NCBI GenBank assembly: GCA_030390025.1
Contig: CM059432.1
Location: forward strand, 116,190,001-116,254,000
Direction of reading: 5' to 3'
Length of the DNA: 64,000 bases
Source: Squalus acanthias
Taxonomy: Eukaryota
Below, in pieces: positions 61,549 through 64,000 of the stretch. A program made the translations under genes and the position numbers. The number at the start of each line of letters is the position of its first letter. Positions within the stretch are counted from its first letter, which is position 1. A model generated the notes under the pieces. The model did not search any database and was not told the DNA's origin. It saw only the letters and a list, made by a program, of their open reading frames with translations.

Positions 61549-64000
61549 ATAGAAACATAGAAAATAGGTACAGGAGTAGACCATTCGGTCCTTCGAGCCT
61601 GCACCGCCATTCAATGCGTTCATGGCTGAACATGCTACCTCAGTACCCCATTCCTGCTTTCTCGCCATACCCCTTGATCCCCTTAGTTGTGAGTGTTATA
61701 TCTAACTCCCTTTTGAATATATTTAGCGAACTGGCCTCAACAACCTTCTGTGGAAGAGAATTCCATAGATTCACCACTCTCTGGGTGAAGAAGTTCCTCC
61801 TCAGCTCAGTCCTAAATGGCTTCCCCTTAATCCTTAGACTGTGACCCCTGGTTCTAGTTTTCCCTACCATTGGGAACATTCTGCCCGCATCTAATTTGTC
61901 TAAACCAGTCAGGATTTTAAATGTCTCTATAAGATCCCCCCTCATTCTTCTGAACTCCAGAGGATACAAGTTCAGTTGACCCAATCTTTCTTGATATGTC
62001 AGTCCGGCCATCCCAGGAATCAATCTAGTGAACCTTCGCTGCACTCCCTCAATAGCAAGAATGTCCTTCCTTAAGTTAGGAGACCAAAACTGCGCACAAT
62101 ACTCCAGGTGTGGCCTCACCAAGGCCCTGTACAACTGTAGCATCACCTCCCTACTCCTGTACTCAAATCCCCTTGCTATGAAGGCCATCATTCCGTTTGC
62201 TTTCTTGACTGCCTGCTGCACTTGCATTCCCACCTTCAGTGACTGATGTACCATGACGCCCAGGTCTCGTTGCACGTCCCCTTTCCCTAATCTGCCACCA
62301 TTCAGGTAATAGTCCGCCTCTCTATTTTTACCACCAAAGTGGATAACCTCACATTTATCCACATTGTACTTCATCTGCCATACATTTGCCCATTCACCCA
62401 ACCTGTCCAAGTCACTCTGTAGCCTCCTAGCATCCTCCTCATTGTTCACACTGCCTCCCAATTTAGTGTCATCCGCAAATTTGGAGATATTACATTTAAT
62501 CCCTTCGTCCAAATCATTAATATATAATGTAAACAGCTGGGGTCCCAGCACCGAACCCTGCGGTACCCCGCTGGTCACTGCCTGCCATTCTGAAAAGTAC
62601 CCATTTACTCCTACTCTTTGTTTCCTGTGTACCAACCAGTTCTCAATCCACGTCAACACATTACCCCCAATCCCATGTGCTTTAACTTTGCTCACCAATC
62701 TCTTGTGTGGGACCTTGTCGAAGGCCTTCTGAAAGTCCAAATACACCACATCTACTGGTTCCCCCCTGTCCACCCTATTGGAAACATCCTCAAAAAATTC
62801 CAGAAGATTTGTCAAGCATGATTTCCCTTTCACAAATCCATGCTGACTTGGACCTATCATGTCGCCACTTTCCAAATGGTCTGTTATGACATCTTTAATA
62901 ATTGCTTCTATCATTTTACCCACGACCGATGTCAGGCTGACCGGTCTATAATTCCCTGCTTTCTCCCTCCCACCTTTTTTAAAAAGAGGGGTTACATTGG
63001 CCACCCTCCACTCCATCGGAACTGATCCAGAGTCTAAGGAATGTTGGAAAATGATCGTCAATGCATCCACTATTTCCAAGGCCACCTCCTTAAGTACTCT
63101 GGGATGCAGACCATCAGGCCCCGGGGATTTTTCAGCCTTCAGTCCCATCAATTTCCCCAATACCTTTTCCCGACTAATAAGGATTTCCCTCAGCTCCTCC
63201 CTCTTACCAGATCCTCTGACCCCTTTTATTTCCGGCAGGTTGTGTGTGTCCTCCACAGTAAACACCGAACCAAAGTACTTGTTCAATTGATCTGCCATTT
63301 CCTTGTTCCCCATTACGACTTCCCCTGTTTCCGACTGCAGGGGACCTACGTTTGTTTTTACTAACCTCTTTCTTTTTACATATTTATAGAAGCTTTTGCA
63401 GTCCATTTTAATGTTCTCTGCAAGCTTCCTTTCATATTTTATTTTCCCTGCCCTAATCAAACCCTTCGTCCTCCTCTGCTGAGTTTTGAAGTTCTCCCAG
63501 TCCCCGGGTTTGCTGCTACTTCTGGCCAATTTGTATGCAACTTCCTTGGTTTTAATACTATCCCTGATTTCCCTTGTTAGCCATGGTTGAGCCACCTTCC
63601 CTTTTTTATTTTTATGCCAGACCGGGATGTACAATTGTTGTAGTTCATCCATGCGATCTCTAAATGTCTGCCATTGCCCTTCCACTGATAGCCCCTTAAA
63701 TATCGCTTGCCAATTTAACCTCGCCAATTCACGCCTCATACCCTTAAAGTTGCCCTTATTTAAGTTCTGGACCATGGTCTCTGACTTAACTGTTTCCTTC
63801 TCCATCCTAATGTAGAACTCCACCATACTATGGTCACTCTTCCCCAGGGGGCCTCGTACCACAAGATTGCTGATTAGTCCCTCCCTTGCACCAGGGAGGC
63901 AACATACTATCCTGGAATCTCGGTTGCGGCCACAGAAACTCCTGTCTATTCCCCTTACAATTGAGTCCCCTATCACTATAGCCCTACCACTCTTTTTCCC
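61549..64000 (-). mobile_element. CR1 LINE F, internally deleted, runs off the window
   Basis: Tail ttctatgtttcta near 61550, 3'UTR, one long ORF. Confidence 0.92.
61640..64000 (-). CDS. ORF1 esterase N-part fused in frame to CR1 reverse transcriptase (endonuclease nearly all missing)
   Basis: At least 778 uninterrupted codons, frame open to the window edge: [66 protein letters not shown]. Confidence 0.85.
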   Translation of the reverse strand, partial: GKKSGRAIVIGDSIVRGIDRSFCGRNRDSRIVCCLPGAREGLISNLVVRGPLGKSDHSMVEFYIRMEKETVKSETMVQNLNKGNFKGMRRELARLNWQAIFKGLSVEGQWQTFRDRMDELQQLYIPVWHKNKKGKVAQPWLTREIRDSIKTKEVAYKLARSSSKPGDWENFKTQQRRTKGLIRAGKIKYERKLAENIKMDCKSFYKYVKRKRLVKTNVGPLQSETGEVVMGNKEMADQLNKYFGSVFTVEDTHNLPEIKGVRGSGKREELREILISREKVLGKLMGLKAEKSPGPDGLHPRVLKEVALEIVDALTIIFQHSLDSGSVPMEWRVANVTPLFKKGGREKAGNYRPVSLTSVVGKMIEAIIKDVITDHLESGDMIGPSQHGFVKGKSCLTNLLEFFEDVSNRVDRGEPVDVVYLDFQKAFDKVPHKRLVSKVKAHGIGGNVLTWIENWLVHRKQRVGVNGYFSEWQAVTSGVPQGSVLGPQLFTLYINDLDEGIKCNISKFADDTKLGGSVNNEEDARRLQSDLDRLGEWANVWQMKYNVDKCEVIHFGGKNREADYYLNGGRLGKGDVQRDLGVMVHQSLKVGMQVQQAVKKANGMMAFIARGFEYRSREVMLQLYRALVRPHLEYCAQFWSPNLRKDILAIEGVQRRFTRLIPGMAGLTYQERLGQLNLYPLEFRRMRGDLIETFKILTGLDKLDAGRMFPMVGKTRTRGHSLRIKGKPFRTELRRNFFTQRVVNLWNSLPQKVVEASSLNIFKRELDITLTTKGIKGYGEKAGMGY

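Noticed and set aside
1..64000. CRISPR array, retron or other prokaryotic RT system
   Set aside because: No regularly spaced repeats or operons; all RTs are eukaryotic non-LTR type and spliceosomal introns are present.

Overview
Eukaryotic, repeat-saturated DNA with no recognisable host gene. It is probably intronic or intergenic sequence of a cartilaginous fish; this is an inference from Deu-domain SacSINE1-like SINEs and the CR1 and L2 families present. It contains: (i) at least eight vertebrate CR1 LINE copies, including a dead full-length one and one with an uninterrupted 778-codon ORF1/RT fusion lacking most of the endonuclease; (ii) a near-complete two-gene PIF/Harbinger transposon (HARBI1-like DDE transposase plus a convergent 3-exon Myb/SANT gene), a transposase-deleted sibling, several older Harbinger fossils and about nine MITEs; (iii) six Penelope-like insertions carrying minimal hammerhead ribozyme motifs, four of them foldback (inverted-repeat) structures; (iv) L2 fragments, another CR1-superfamily LINE and two tRNA-SINE families whose tails match those LINEs. 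All calls were made by eye and boundaries of old elements are approximate.
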